DNA from: Schizochytrium sp. TIO01
Taxonomy: Eukaryota > Protista > Bigyra: Labyrinthulomycetes
Direction of reading: 5' to 3'
Length of the DNA: 64,000 nucleotides
Assembly (NCBI GenBank): GCA_004764695.1
Contig: SMSO01000014.1
Location: 6,686,029-6,750,028, forward strand
Shown here one piece after another: positions 9,622-21,770 of this stretch. Position numbers and translations under genes: made by a program. Each line of letters starts with the position of its first letter. The first letter of the stretch is position 1. A model generated the notes under the pieces. It worked only from the letters and a program-made list of their open reading frames with translations. It made no database searches and was not told where the DNA came from.

Positions 9622-12603
9622 TTAAAGCGCTAGCAGAGGCTCTTGGTGCTTGGAAGAAGACGAGGACGAGGATTTCTTGTGTTTCTTGTGTTTCTTGTCC
9701 TTCGATTTATGATGCTTTTTACTGCCATCTTCGGCCCGACTGGCGTCACGGGATGACTTCTTCGAAGATGACTTTTTGCGACTTGATTTACTCTCCTTAT
9801 TTCCATCCTCACTTTTAACAGGGAATGTATCAGAAGTAGCTGCATAAGTGTCACCATTCTCGGACATCACAAGGTTAATATCAGCTAGTGTCATACTTTC
9901 CTCATCCTGTACAGTGTTGCGCCTGTTGCGCTTGCCTGCAGAGTCTTCATCGTCGCTAGCCAGAGCCCCCTCTGGCATTGCATCCTCCATCATGACTGCG
10001 TTTGCACCTCTTGACTCCCGCAGGCTTTGTGAGAAGAGCTGATTAATTGTTGTAGCTGAACCCGCCTCAGCTTCGAGGGACCCAGCGGGCAGATGCACAA
10101 TAGGAACATCAGGAAGATCATCAGAAGCAAGATCACCATCGTGAGCGCTGGTCGACTTGATATAGAATGGATCGTTCACACGAGCTGTTGTAGAGCCAGA
10201 GTGCTCCTTTCTGCTCGATGATTTTTTGTGTTTGGATGACTTCTTGGAAGACTTGCGGTGAGATGAAGAGGTGACTGAAAGCATGTAGCTTGACTCACTC
10301 TCGGCTTCCGACCCGTTATCGGAGTCGTAGCTGTAAGCACCGGACCCGCTGGAGCTGTAAGGGATAGGTTCACGAAAGGAAATGCGAAGTGCTCCTCCTC
10401 CAGCCGTGTATTGAGCATCAAGAGTTCTATCAATCGCACTTTCCTCAAATCCAGATGCCTTGAAAGCGAATGGTGTTTCCAGGTCAAAGTCTGCGGGTAA
10501 GCGCACCTTCTCTTGAGCACGTACGTTGACAGGCATGAGCTCTTCATCAAACAGTTCCAGCATGAGGAGAGCCTTTTCACGCTCAGGTGCACTAATAGAG
10601 GAAGCCTGGGAAAGCTCTGGCTCCTCAACGCCATTGGGAATTTCAGCGCTGCTGGAAGAGTAAGCGGCAGTTATTTCGACGTTCTCTAACGCATCACCTA
10701 AGAGATCAACGTCCCCAGCACCCAAAGCAGTAGAGCCTCGCTTCTTTCCACTATTTTTACCAGACTTAAGAGAAAGAATTGGCACAGTGCGATCATACAG
10801 TGAGAGCGCAACAAGGAGCTCTAAGGCTTGCACTGCGCGCTCTTGCACAACAATGTGCTCGGAAGATGCGAAAGGCTCAAGAAGCTGACCAATGAAAGTG
10901 GCTAATTGACCAACAGAACTGCTTGTGGTTGCAGATCCTGATTCCAATTCAGTTTTGGCGCTCGCAGCAATGAGTTTGAGAACATTATGTACGAAAGCAG
11001 CTTGTACAAAGGATGCTAAATCCTTAGACTCCTCAGAAAGCATGACGGCAGCCATTTCCTTGAACTTCTCAGGGGACCCGTAGTGTTGTTGACTGCTCGA
11101 ATCATCCTCATCAAGGCCAACATCTAGAAGAGAAGCATACTCGCACGCGATCCAAGATGCAGCAAATAAGATATGAGCAACACCATCGTCTTCAGTCTCA
11201 AGGGGGGTTTGCATATTCCGCAAGGCCAACCTACGGTTAAGCAAGAGCCCAGCCATGGCGCGCGCGGCGAAAGGACGAACGTCTGGTACACGAACTGCCA
11301 CATCAATGAGTTGCTCGCGAATGAGTCTACCCCGCGGTGCGCCATGAATATGAGCTAGTTGAACCAAGATCGATACATACCAAGCAAAGTTGCTCAAAAA
11401 GGCGTATTTATCACGAGAGCAGACATAGATAATCTTATCAATCAGCTCGTCCCGATATGCACCCTCAGCAGTTTCCACGTGAAGCAGGAGCTTTTGTACA
11501 ATATCGATCAGGTTGCGTTTGGTTACCATGCCGGTTAGAAGCTCCAGTGCACGCATGCGCACTGTGACGTCATCATCCATGAGACACTGCAATACCATTT
11601 CTTTGTGCTCGGCAACTACCCGCGGGTGAGAGCGCATTAGATTGACGAGGCCTACCAAACCAAGGTACTTGAGGTTTTGATCCGGATCCTTGACAAAATC
11701 GCGTAGTTTACTTGCGCATAGGGAGACGATTCCTGGGACAACCTTTGGCTGAGAGCCATCAGGTCTAGCTGTGTAAGGCAGGGCCTGCGTGATTGCACTG
11801 ATACATTCGTACAAGAGCGACTTGGCTTGCGTTGATTCGACAACCTTAGCCAGTGGCTCAAGGAGCTTGCGAGCAAGTCGAGGTTCCTCAGGTAAGAGCG
11901 CTGACATAAGCTTGACAATTTTGATGAGCATCCAGTTATTTGAAGACGTTGTAAGCAATTGAAAAAGCTGCGGAGCCAAGGCTAAAAAGTTTCGTGGATT
12001 CTTGCGACTCAACTCACAAATCACGTTCACTGTACACGAGACTACGGACATGTCACTATCTTCTAGACGCAGACGTAAACGGTCAAATGTCTGGGGAAGG
12101 CCTTGCGGGTAACGCACATAAAGTTTGTAAAGCGCAAGGACAGCCTTTTTCCGGATGAATGGTCGTGAGTTGTTGAGCATAGAGGCCACATCCTCGACAA
12201 GGTCTCGAGCTAGTTCCCTTGTTGCAATATTACTCAGGCAATTGAGCACAACACCAGACTCATACATATTGGTAGCTTGGAGGTCTTTCTTGATGAGGTT
12301 GGTGGTGAGCAAGACAACCTCAGTGTTCGCATCAAATACCTGCGAAGCAGCCAGCATCGCTGCGCGGCGATGCATGAATCTAGTTGCGCTCATTACTTCA
12401 ATAATATGAAATGAAGCAAATCCTACGTCTACTCCAAGCATTTGCAAGTAGGTGATCTTTTGCACTGCCATGTATTTGAGGTGCTTGTCAGTGCTACGCA
12501 GCTCCTTCTTGATCTCCACCATAGCCTTGCTAATGTATGTTGATTGATCACGTTTATGATTGCGAATCCCCTTGATGAGGTCCTGCAAAGATTTCTCAAA
12601 CAT
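9622..12603 (-). CDS. AP3D1: AP-3 adaptor complex subunit delta
   Basis: 993-aa ORF beginning MFEKSLQDLIKGIRNHK. Adaptin-N motifs RKKAVLALYK, TTSSNNWMLIKIVK, EPRLARKL, AKSLLYECI, DPDQNLKYLGL, VQERA and ELMPVNVRAQEKV. Lys/Ser-rich tail. Confidence 0.97.
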   Translation of the reverse strand: MFEKSLQDLIKGIRNHKRDQSTYISKAMVEIKKELRSTDKHLKYMAVQKITYLQMLGVDVGFASFHIIEVMSATRFMHRRAAMLAASQVFDANTEVVLLTTNLIKKDLQATNMYESGVVLNCLSNIATRELARDLVEDVASMLNNSRPFIRKKAVLALYKLYVRYPQGLPQTFDRLRLRLEDSDMSVVSCTVNVICELSRKNPRNFLALAPQLFQLLTTSSNNWMLIKIVKLMSALLPEEPRLARKLLEPLAKVVESTQAKSLLYECISAITQALPYTARPDGSQPKVVPGIVSLCASKLRDFVKDPDQNLKYLGLVGLVNLMRSHPRVVAEHKEMVLQCLMDDDVTVRMRALELLTGMVTKRNLIDIVQKLLLHVETAEGAYRDELIDKIIYVCSRDKYAFLSNFAWYVSILVQLAHIHGAPRGRLIREQLIDVAVRVPDVRPFAARAMAGLLLNRRLALRNMQTPLETEDDGVAHILFAASWIACEYASLLDVGLDEDDSSSQQHYGSPEKFKEMAAVMLSEESKDLASFVQAAFVHNVLKLIAASAKTELESGSATTSSSVGQLATFIGQLLEPFASSEHIVVQERAVQALELLVALSLYDRTVPILSLKSGKNSGKKRGSTALGAGDVDLLGDALENVEITAAYSSSSAEIPNGVEEPELSQASSISAPEREKALLMLELFDEELMPVNVRAQEKVRLPADFDLETPFAFKASGFEESAIDRTLDAQYTAGGGALRISFREPIPYSSSGSGAYSYDSDNGSEAESESSYMLSVTSSSHRKSSKKSSKHKKSSSRKEHSGSTTARVNDPFYIKSTSAHDGDLASDDLPDVPIVHLPAGSLEAEAGSATTINQLFSQSLRESRGANAVMMEDAMPEGALASDDEDSAGKRNRRNTVQDEESMTLADINLVMSENGDTYAATSDTFPVKSEDGNKESKSSRKKSSSKKSSRDASRAEDGSKKHHKSKDKKHKKHKKSSSSSSSKHQEPLLAL

Positions 12604-13953
12604 TGTTTCCTGTGTAAGTTTGAAACCTCAAATTATCCAAGAGCTCCAGCAAGAATCAATTTTGTTGTCGTTCTCTCAAACTCCAAGGGCAGAGTCTAAG
12701 GTTTAAAATCGTGATGTGGCACGTCAAGCAAAAATGTCAGCTCTGCTCCTGGCAACCTTTAATCAAAATGAGCCTCGGAAAATATTCTTTAGACCCCCGC
12801 GAGTCTCAGGGTCTCTTTCCAATCCTTTCAAGCCGTCACAGTGTATGTCGTGACACCGTGTTGGTCTTCCGCCGGCTCGCGGACCCAAGCCGGCTTGTTC
12901 GCAGCGATCGTTGGTGGCCTGATGCCGATGCTGCAGCGCTGCTGGCTTAAAGGTAGGCGCTTCCACACGCTCCGCGCCGCCAATAACGCAGCAAAGCTAG
13001 ATCCGACCGCCCCAGTCTCGCCGACGACCAACCCGGCCTCACCGCCGCAAAGATCACGTTCTGGTTTAACTTGGATGCCGGTTGCCACTGCTATCTATCT
13101 CCATGTCGATGATTTCCTCTCGTTGTATTTAGCTTCATTATTCCATATTACTTGGAATAATAATTATATAACAAATCACTTGCAAGACTGTCATCAATTG
13201 CTTGATCATTGTCAATGCATTGCGAAAGTGCATCATCGATGTCGAAAATGGCTCGAGGGATCTTCAAATGCTGCGTTGGGCAGGTATCACGTTGGATCAG
13301 ATTGCTCAGGCGGTAGCAGAATCAGAAGCACTTATGAAGACCTGAGTGGGCTCGTTAGGTTTTGGGTCACCAAAATATCTGGCGCGAGTGAGGACTCTAG
13401 GAGTTAGCTATGCATTCACTAGGCGCTGGCTTAAGGGCGGAGGGTGGAGTGACATGAGACCTTCACAGTTTGAGTCTCCAGTAGCTCTTTGCTTGAAGCA
13501 GAAAGTCGTGATGTAATGCTTACATGCTAGATCGGATAATATGAGTGAGAAGGCAAGGGTTGAAGCTTCATGTTGAGCATTTGATGAAGAGCATTGGTGT
13601 TTTGGATGGCGAGATTTTTCAGTTATGGGAAGCATGGTTTCTGGAGGCAAGTTTACAATAGAAGGTAGGTAGAAGGTCTTATATAGTGAGTTAAGGAATC
13701 TAAGATTCCACTTAGTTGGTTGATCTGCCGGGGAGGAAAGCCTAAATCTAGCGAGAGAGCTGTACGTAAGTATAGACTTTTGGAGATGCGTGAGTGGGAG
13801 TCCTGCTTCATGGCGTAGCTTGCAAGGATAGCAGGGCATGAAGCGAAGCCAGGGCCAAATTGGGAATACATTATTATTGCAACAAGAGGGAAACTATCAT
13901 GGTGTAATTCAGTCATGTCCTGCGGATGTGCGTCAACTTGTGAAATGGTCTCG

Positions 13954-15870
13954 TCATGAATCACCATGGGTGGAGTGACTACCATCAGGACGAATGACGT
14001 CTTTGCCCGCGGCAATGCGCAAAGCTGCCACAGCCATGGCCATAAGCTCCTCGGGATCATCCACACCATCAAGAATTTCGAAGAGGTCTGGCGAGCTCTC
14101 CTTGATGGACTTGAGCTTCTTGATAAAGGTTTTGCTCATTACCATGGAACCATACTGCTCGGTTTCAAGCTGGGTCTGTGCACGCACGGCATCCTCAGCC
14201 TGTTCACCTTCCTCTGCTGCAAGTGAAGAGGTTGGGAGAAGCAATTTGCGGACATCGTCTTCGCCCATGTGGCGCTGTCTGGATTTGTCAAGTAATGTCT
14301 CGGAATTGACGCCCAAATTGGCGACACTCGCGCGTACGGAGCGCTGGCGCGTTTTGGCAGCAGCACGCGTCTTTTTCAAAGTTTCCTTTGTCTTGCGAAG
14401 TGATGGTGGACGGACAGGTGCGACCTTGCGTTCGGCGATAGATCGGCCCTTTGTACGACGATCCAAGGTCGGCGTCTTCTTCTTTGTTGTACCTTGCTTC
14501 AGAGTTGCTGTCTTGGTTGCCGTCTTGGTACCGCTCTTCCGCCATGAAAGCGAGAAGCGCTTCTTGGTTCCTTGCAATGTGCCTTGGGCATTTGCTGTGC
14601 TTGCAGCTGCGTTCGCAGCTGCATCCAGATCTTCAAGTCTCTGGCGCTCCTCTTTCTTCTTGCCAGCAGTATTGGATGAGGGTGGCTTCGTTCCAAAGAT
14701 GTCATCAAGCCTCTTTTCGCTTTCTGCAGCGAGCTGACTGTCAGCTTCATCCATGTCATCCTTGTGGACTTCGATAAAGGTCTCATCGGTCGTGAGAGCT
14801 GGGAAGTTATGGTGCTCCTCTTCTTCGTCATCAGCATCCTCCTCTTCCTCAGCTTGTTCCTCGCTATATTGCGGATATTCGGCTTCTGTGAACTCATCGT
14901 CATCAGATTCATCAGAGTCGATCTCGCGGAGCTCAAGGATAGCTGGCATTGAAGTGTTTACCAATTTTTCTACAACATTTGAGCACCCATGATTAGCCTC
15001 GAGTTTCTTGGTTGTCTTTTGGATGAATTTGAATTGGATAAGCTCTTGTGCTGATGGACGGTCATCGTGGGCTCGCGTGAGACACGCGCGTACAAATGCA
15101 CGAAGGTCTCTCGACCACTTGTCCGGCACTGTGAATTTGGGTGGGGGCTGGGTAGGGATAAGAAATAATGCGCGCATTGGATGAATATGTGAGTTTGGAG
15201 GTCGGCCTTCTGCCATTTCGATCAGTGTAATGCCAAGGCTCCAGATATCAGTGCGACCATCATAGGGTTCTTCAGAAATACACTCAGGTGACATCCAGAA
15301 TGGTGCACCAATTGCAGTGTGACAGCGCTCAAAGCGGCTTTGTACGAGAGCTGACACACCAAAATCGGCTAGCTTAACTTGGCCTGCGACATTAAGGAGG
15401 ATATTGCCGGCCTTGATGTCACGGTGAATAATGTTTTTGTCGTGGACATATTGCAATCCGAGTGTAATACCAGCTGCAACGTCCCTGATCTGCTGCTCAT
15501 TCAATGTCTGATCGGTTGCAAACATAAGATCGTTTACACTTCCTGCTTCGCAGATTTCCATTCCCATGTACACATGCGTGTGGTCAAGACTTTCATAAGC
15601 GCTAAATAGTTTAAGCACATACGGTGTTGTGCACATTCGCATGCAGTCAATCTCCTGTTGAACCTCTTCTTCGTCATTGTCAAGTTTGACAACCTTGAGT
15701 GCCACTTGCTCGCCAGACTTCTTGTCGAAAGCAATGTACACAGAGCCGTACGTACCTTCACCCAGGCACTCAAGGAGATCAAAGTTCTTGGCAGGGTCGC
15801 CCTTCTCGAACCCTTCAAACTTAAATCGCCTCTTGGACTTGCTCAACGATCTTCGTAAAAGCGAAGTCAT
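13954..15870 (-). CDS. STE20-family (GCK/MST-like) Ser/Thr kinase, 638 aa
   Basis: First ATG at 15870 (MTSLLRRS). Motifs LGEGTYGSV, VALK, HRDIKAGNILL, KLADFGVSA, GAPFWMSPE, DIWSLGITLIEMAEGRPP and HPMRALFLIP (STE20 signature). Acidic then basic C-terminal tail. Confidence 0.95.
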   Translation of the reverse strand: MTSLLRRSLSKSKRRFKFEGFEKGDPAKNFDLLECLGEGTYGSVYIAFDKKSGEQVALKVVKLDNDEEEVQQEIDCMRMCTTPYVLKLFSAYESLDHTHVYMGMEICEAGSVNDLMFATDQTLNEQQIRDVAAGITLGLQYVHDKNIIHRDIKAGNILLNVAGQVKLADFGVSALVQSRFERCHTAIGAPFWMSPECISEEPYDGRTDIWSLGITLIEMAEGRPPNSHIHPMRALFLIPTQPPPKFTVPDKWSRDLRAFVRACLTRAHDDRPSAQELIQFKFIQKTTKKLEANHGCSNVVEKLVNTSMPAILELREIDSDESDDDEFTEAEYPQYSEEQAEEEEDADDEEEEHHNFPALTTDETFIEVHKDDMDEADSQLAAESEKRLDDIFGTKPPSSNTAGKKKEERQRLEDLDAAANAAASTANAQGTLQGTKKRFSLSWRKSGTKTATKTATLKQGTTKKKTPTLDRRTKGRSIAERKVAPVRPPSLRKTKETLKKTRAAAKTRQRSVRASVANLGVNSETLLDKSRQRHMGEDDVRKLLLPTSSLAAEEGEQAEDAVRAQTQLETEQYGSMVMSKTFIKKLKSIKESSPDLFEILDGVDDPEELMAMAVAALRIAAGKDVIRPDGSHSTHGDS

Positions 15871-18477
15871 CGTCCTGTTTTTGTATTGCTGTGCTTTTGT
15901 CGTGAACCCTGCCTCCAACTTGCCAACCTTGACAAGTGTTCTCCAGGCTTGTGTCTATCTGTCTATCTATCTATCTATCTAAAGATCAATCAGTATGTAT
16001 ATGTTGTGTAGAGTCGCAAACTCCGACCTGCGCAACTGAATCGGTCAACTGTTTCACGTGAATGGAAAGATTGCGTAGCCCTGTAATACCCCACGCTCGC
16101 CGAGTCTTCTCTACGTGTTTTGCCGCAGCCCTTCGACCTCCGTCTGTGTTTTCTATAAGCTGGCCCAAATGAAGTAGAAATATTGCTAGAATCGTTCAAT
16201 GCAATCGCTAGAGAGAGCACGTGCCCAGCACTCCTCCACGATCCTTTCGGCAGTGCCAAAGCCAAATCTGGCCTTGGTAGTTTTCGGGACCTCCTCCCTC
16301 TCTCAATCTTGCTCTGCTGATGCTTGCCTCCTTGCAAGCCCCGTGGGCTTCGCCTTCTTCGACGGGCGCAGGAGAATACCGACTGCAGGAAAGACTAAAC
16401 CAGCAGCGTCTGTCTGCGTGCACCCGCCGAGGACTGGATTACCTTGGACTCTGCGACAAGTAGGCTATTTGCCCTAATTCCCTACTGTACTTCACCCCCA
16501 CAAGTGGGTTATTCAAGGAATAACCTACTTTCCTGGCTCCGATACTGCACTTGCCCTTTGTGCCTCTATACTTCACTTGCGCAAGTGAACTATACCGTCG
16601 ATTCTCTAGTATAGCTTCCCCTATAATTTACTTGTAGCGCACACCTTTGGCGGTGTCCACGGCTGTCCTCATAGTGTTTATGCTAGGATGGACTCTAGTA
16701 ACTGTGCAGCACGTGGGCCACGTGCCGACGACGTGCGGGTCGAGAACGATGCGATGCGCTCGATGCTCGTGTTTTGGAGCTGGATATTGAGCTTGAACGC
16801 AGGGTTTGAAGGCTACCTGGTGGAAAACTACAGGTTAGTCTCGTGGAGGTTTTACTTGATGAGAGAGGGCTGTCTGGCTCTGCAGAATTGTTTTTTTGTA
16901 GGGAGTTGTTTTAGTGAAAAGAAAGGAAACCAAATTGGCACACGCTCGCGGGAATCCTGCTCTTTGAGACTTGTTGGAGATCAATCTGGACTGAAGCTGG
17001 GCTTTTATTTGCTATTCTCCGAACAGACAGCCTTGGCAAAGCGGTCGTCGGTGTATGAAAGGCATGCAAATGGCCAATCGCCACGGCTAAGTACGCCGGT
17101 ACTTGCATAAATGAAGGGGCGCACGTTATAAGAGTTCATAAGGCGTGCGCTCACAAAGGTACCGAAAGCGCATGAAATTTGGCACATGCGGAGCGATTTT
17201 GTGAGGGTTTAGAAGAAGAAGAAGAAGAAGAAGAAGAAGAACCAGAGGCTGTGCTGCCTGTCAATCCAGCCAAGTGGCGACGCTATTGAAAAGAAACTCC
17301 CCTCCTCCCCTCCAAGCGCCGGTTTTGCAAATATTAGACAAAGGTTGTCTCTTGTAGCAGCGCCTGAGACCTCATTTGCTCAGATTCGAAGCACGCCTGC
17401 TACGACTGCTTGAATCAACAAGACCAACCTTTTTTACTCTTCTTTGAAAGGGGCAATATCAACCCGCTAGCTTTCCCTAAATTGGGCGTGCGTAAGTCTT
17501 TAGGGCGCCACTTTAGAAATGACCTCCAAACAGGACATGCGCAACATATGAAGAGGCGGCGTTTCATGCCACGGTTTAGGATGGGGAGAAGTCCTCTTCT
17601 GCGGCGATTTTTACGATCTCTTTGTTGCAATCATAAATAGTAATAAAAATGATAGCACAGTAAGAGAGAATATTTATACGACATATATATTGAATTTTTT
17701 AATTCGGCAGTCTAGTTATAGATACCGAGGTACGATTCATGGTCTATATTTAAGAAGTTCTTTTTATTTTAATTGAAAAGGTTTTTAATTTTAAGAAATC
17801 GTGCAATGCTGGAGACTCTTCGGAGGAAACGCTTCAACGTTGTCGAAAGGTACAGCAGTCCGTTAAGATCTCGTCGACATCCCTCCGTTCTCTCCGCGTT
17901 TCCTATTGGCTGCCATCGTCTCTAGTTAAGTAGGCACCTATCTATCTACAGCCTCATTGCCGTACAAGCAAGTTTATCAATTGTGATAAACAAGTAAAAA
18001 ATCGTCAATTCAAAGTTGTGATAATATTTTGTAAAATGCAATATTAAAAAGAACGAAAGAACGAAAGAACGAAAGATTTAGGAATTACTTATGTATATTC
18101 TGTCACGTAAGCGTTGTTGAAATGGGCCACTCGTAAGCCCTTTCCAGAGACCATGTCGCTCTACAGCAGCACTCCGCGGAGTTTCGAGGAACCTCAACGC
18201 GGCGAGCCGTAATCAATCCCTCCCCACGCCTCCCAAATCGCAGCCTTGACTGTCTGTCCGCCTGCCCGTCAGGGCTCTCGCTCACGCAAACGAAATCATG
18301 CATGCTTCGAGTTGCAAATAGTCTCCAGCGTCGAGATGCGAGTTTGGCCATTCCTCGTCAGGAACTCGCCTGAGAAGTAGGCGAACTCCGTCAACGGATG
18401 AAGCTATTACGCCTTGGATTCCACTCGTCGCGCATCATCAGAGTTCACTCGATTGATGGGGCTTTCGACCTCCTCGA

Positions 18478-18532
18478 GGAGATGCCGCGGCTTTGGAGCT
18501 GGCGAACCCATGCGTAGGCGCTGAGGTCTTCA

Positions 18533-18587
<55 letters not shown>

Positions 18588-19490
18588 GCTGACAGAGCTC
18601 TGCGTTTTGATAGCAAAAGCCGCAGCGCCTTGAGGGGCTTGAGAGCGAGCTTGTCCCTTCAAGGCGATGGCTTGCTTTGGATTCCTCGTCGCTGCGGATT
18701 GTTGTTGGACCTGGGGGCGATCAGCGAGAGCACGTAGATCCTCGACGTCCTCACCGGCGTCGGGGAGAACTTGCGTCGAGCTGGATTAGTCATTCAATCG
18801 ATGTGGACCTTGTGGACCCGCCCATATCGAGTCCCAGAGTTTGGCGAACCGCTCTCTGCAGGAGCTCGTGGGCTCAAGTTTGGTTCATACTCGTTAGCTC
18901 TTGCACCCAAGTTAGGTTGCAAACATCCTCCGCCAAGGCGACCACGTAGGACTTGACGCAGAGGTTTCCGAGCAAGCTTTTGGGGGACCTGTCCGTTCGA
19001 GGAGGTTAGATCGAGGCACTTGGAGACCAGACTGGCCTGCCAAGAAGGCTTTACCGTGCTGCAGCCTTACGGCAGCAACATGCTCTGAGAGTCAGGTGCT
19101 GATTGACCTTTTGCTCATCCCGTAGCGCTCGCACGAGCGGTGGTATCTGTTTGGTTGGGCTGACACTGCGGCGTCTCGCATCGCAAGGAGTCCAATCGAA
19201 TCTAAGCAAATCCAATCGTTCCTCGTGCAGCACGATTCGAAGTAAGCAGAGCTCGTCATCTCAAGCGTCGACCGCGATAGGAAGCAGCATCGAACTGGAC
19301 TGGACTTTCAAGGCGAGGCAAGGCATGTCAAGGCTGTCTTCTTCTAGAGCAAGCTCGCTGCCAAACAAGGAAACTTGTTGGAAAACAAGTAAGCAAGCTC
19401 ACTAACGAGGTGGATGTCTACAACCTCGCTTCGCAGACAAGGCATTCCTTCAAGTTCGTCGATCAGCACCGCGTCCGACAAGCACTCTGA
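18478..19490 (+). pseudogene. ARM-like relic island
   Basis: Broken frames give GDAAALELANPCV, FKAMACFGFLVA, DLTQRFPSKLLGDLSVRGG*IEALGDQTGLP and VSKLTNEVDVYNLASQTRHSFKFVDQHRV. A (CAG)n expansion lies inside. Confidence 0.45.
18535..18585. repeat. (CAG)n microsatellite with one CAA interruption
   Basis: Read directly. Confidence 0.95.
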
Positions 19491-19890
19491 GATACCTGCA
19501 CCCTTGTTGTCGCAGCTACCTTTAATCGTTTGGGCGAGCGAAGACATTGGATTGCTCCCACGATTGAAGAGTCGCTGTGCTTTTATAATACTTGACTCCA
19601 CAAGCTGAGAAACAGAAAGAGCTTGAGAGTGGCATCTCCACTTGTACGAACTGGAGTAGATGTGAGTTCTTGAATGCTCTCCAGAGCCAATAGCTTCGTC
19701 TTTTGCTTTGGCTTAGTTGCACTTAGCTTTGCTTTATTGCGAGGAAATGAGTGTCTTTCCGTGCTTCGTGACACTAATTCGACTGCTTCGCATTCGAAGA
19801 AGGAGGAAGCAACAGTTACGCGGCTATCTTTACTGCGGATAAGGCGGTTATAAATTTTGTTTCTTTATTTCTTTATCTCTTTATCGATCC

Positions 19891-19935
<45 letters not shown>

Positions 19936-20979
19936 CTCGATCCCATCACATGCCATCATTGCGTCTAAAAGGCATCTGTGCTGCAGGCGTGGACACTAAA
20001 CTCTTATAGATACATCTTCAAGCGCGCGCTTTAAGAAGGTTCTTGGTTTTCTAAAAGGCGGTTGACTCTGAAGTTTGAAACAGAGGAGCAACGGAAGAAC
20101 GCGATGATCGTGACGGAACTCGCGTTTCTGTAATTTGCTTCTCTGCTGCGGCGCGAGTTCTACGAATTTTCATCATCAGTCGTGGTCAGCTTTGTCCAAA
20201 TATTTTCGCAATGCTCGTTCAAAGATCGAAAAGTGCTGTGGCTGCTTTCATAGCTCTGAAAGGGATGTACGACCTATCATCCGAGTTTTATAGTTAACTA
20301 TTAATTTATTTTTATTTTATTTTATTTTATTTTAAAAATTAAAGACAAAATCAATTGAAAAAGAAAAGAAAAGTTTTTGTTTTTTAAATTTATAAAAATT
20401 AAAAAATTATAATAATAATAAAACTAAAATACTAAATAATAATAGAACTTTAAAAAAAAATCTTTTCAACTAGCTCCAGAGAAAGAAAGCAAGAAAAAAA
20501 GAAGAATCCTTTAAGTATTTCGATAAAGAAAAAGGAGGTCCACAACTCAGGCCGAGTTTTGTTCAACCCGGCAAACCTCAATCCATTCTCTCATTCCTTC
20601 ATTTTTAAAATAACCCAATCTGCCCAATTCATAAACTTGAACACTTTATCTTCTAATCCACCAAACATTCCAAACATTATTAAAAGATCTTTTAAATAAA
20701 TAAATTAAAATAACAGAATCGTAAATTGCCATCATTTCCCACTGCTGCGAAGAGTCCCAGATCCCGACGCGGTCAGAAATTCAGGGCAGGATCCAGGGCG
20801 CGGACGCCTCAACGTGAATCCATGGACGCCTCCCGCACCTCTTCGCCTGCACACTTGCTTCTTCACCTGCCTCTCAGGCCCTCTGCTCTTCCTGCCTTCA
20901 GGAGACGTGCACACCGCACTCTTTGCCCGCCGGTCACGCGGGACCTTGGGGCGGACATCGCCGCCTAAGCCCCCCTAAG

Positions 20980-21770
20980 CGCCGCTTACCCGAGTCAAAA
21001 GTGCACATCGGACTAGGCTGGGAACCGGCGAATCTAGGTGGCTGCTCAATCTCCCGAGCCGGGAGTTTTACGAAGAGAATGGAAGCAGGCGGGTCGAGGC
21101 GGGAATCTCCGGTACTGCGGAGGGGGGCAGAGTCGGTGCATTTGGGGACGCGGTACATTGAGCACTTGCTTCAGCTATGAAAGACTCGACAAAGGAAACG
21201 CGCTCTGTGCCATGAAACTCTGGAGAGCGACAGGATGGCTACCCGCGCGTCCCAGCGCGCCCGGAGACTGACGAGCAGGCAGGTAGACATGCAGACATGC
21301 AGGCAGGCAGGCAGGCAGGAAGCCCTGGCGCCTTGAGGCACGAGATCAGCTCTGCTGTTCGCTGTGCAGCAGGTAGACCTCGGCGGATGCCGGCGGATGC
21401 CGCTGCATGGAGTTCTGAGCTGGGCTGAAGACGCAGGGCTGAAGACGCAGGGCTGAAGACGCGGGGCTGCGCGGCAGCCCGGCGTCGGGTGCCTCGCTGG
21501 CCTCCCGTGCAGGTTCGCGTGCAGCCTGGGAGACGGCAGCAGCTGCGGAAGCCGCCGTGGTCGCCGGCCTCGGCGCCGCCATCGACGTCGAGCTTGGTCC
21601 CTGAGGCGGCGGCCTCCAGACGAGGGGCGCTTCCGCCACGTTCCTGCAGCCCGCCGGCCGGCCTGCCTGCCTACCTGCCTGCCTTCGAGCTCAACGCCGG
21701 CGCCGGCAGCTGTCAAGCTCGCGCAGTGGCGCTGTTCGCGGCTTTAAGCCTTGAAGACCCCGGGGTCTCT
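20980..21770 (+). pseudogene. ARM-like relic island (very GC-rich)
   Basis: Peptides RMEAGG/VEAGIS, AAEAAVVAGLGAAIDVELGP* (21542-21604) and LPAFELNAGAGSCQARAVALFAALSLEDPG. Interrupted by (GGCA)n and a triplicated 14-mer GGGCTGAAGACGCA. Confidence 0.5.

Noticed and set aside
12841-13839. 188-aa and 143-aa ORFs between AP3D1 and the STE20 kinase
   Set aside because: No recognisable motifs or codon bias; positions fit the AP3D1 promoter and the kinase 3' region.
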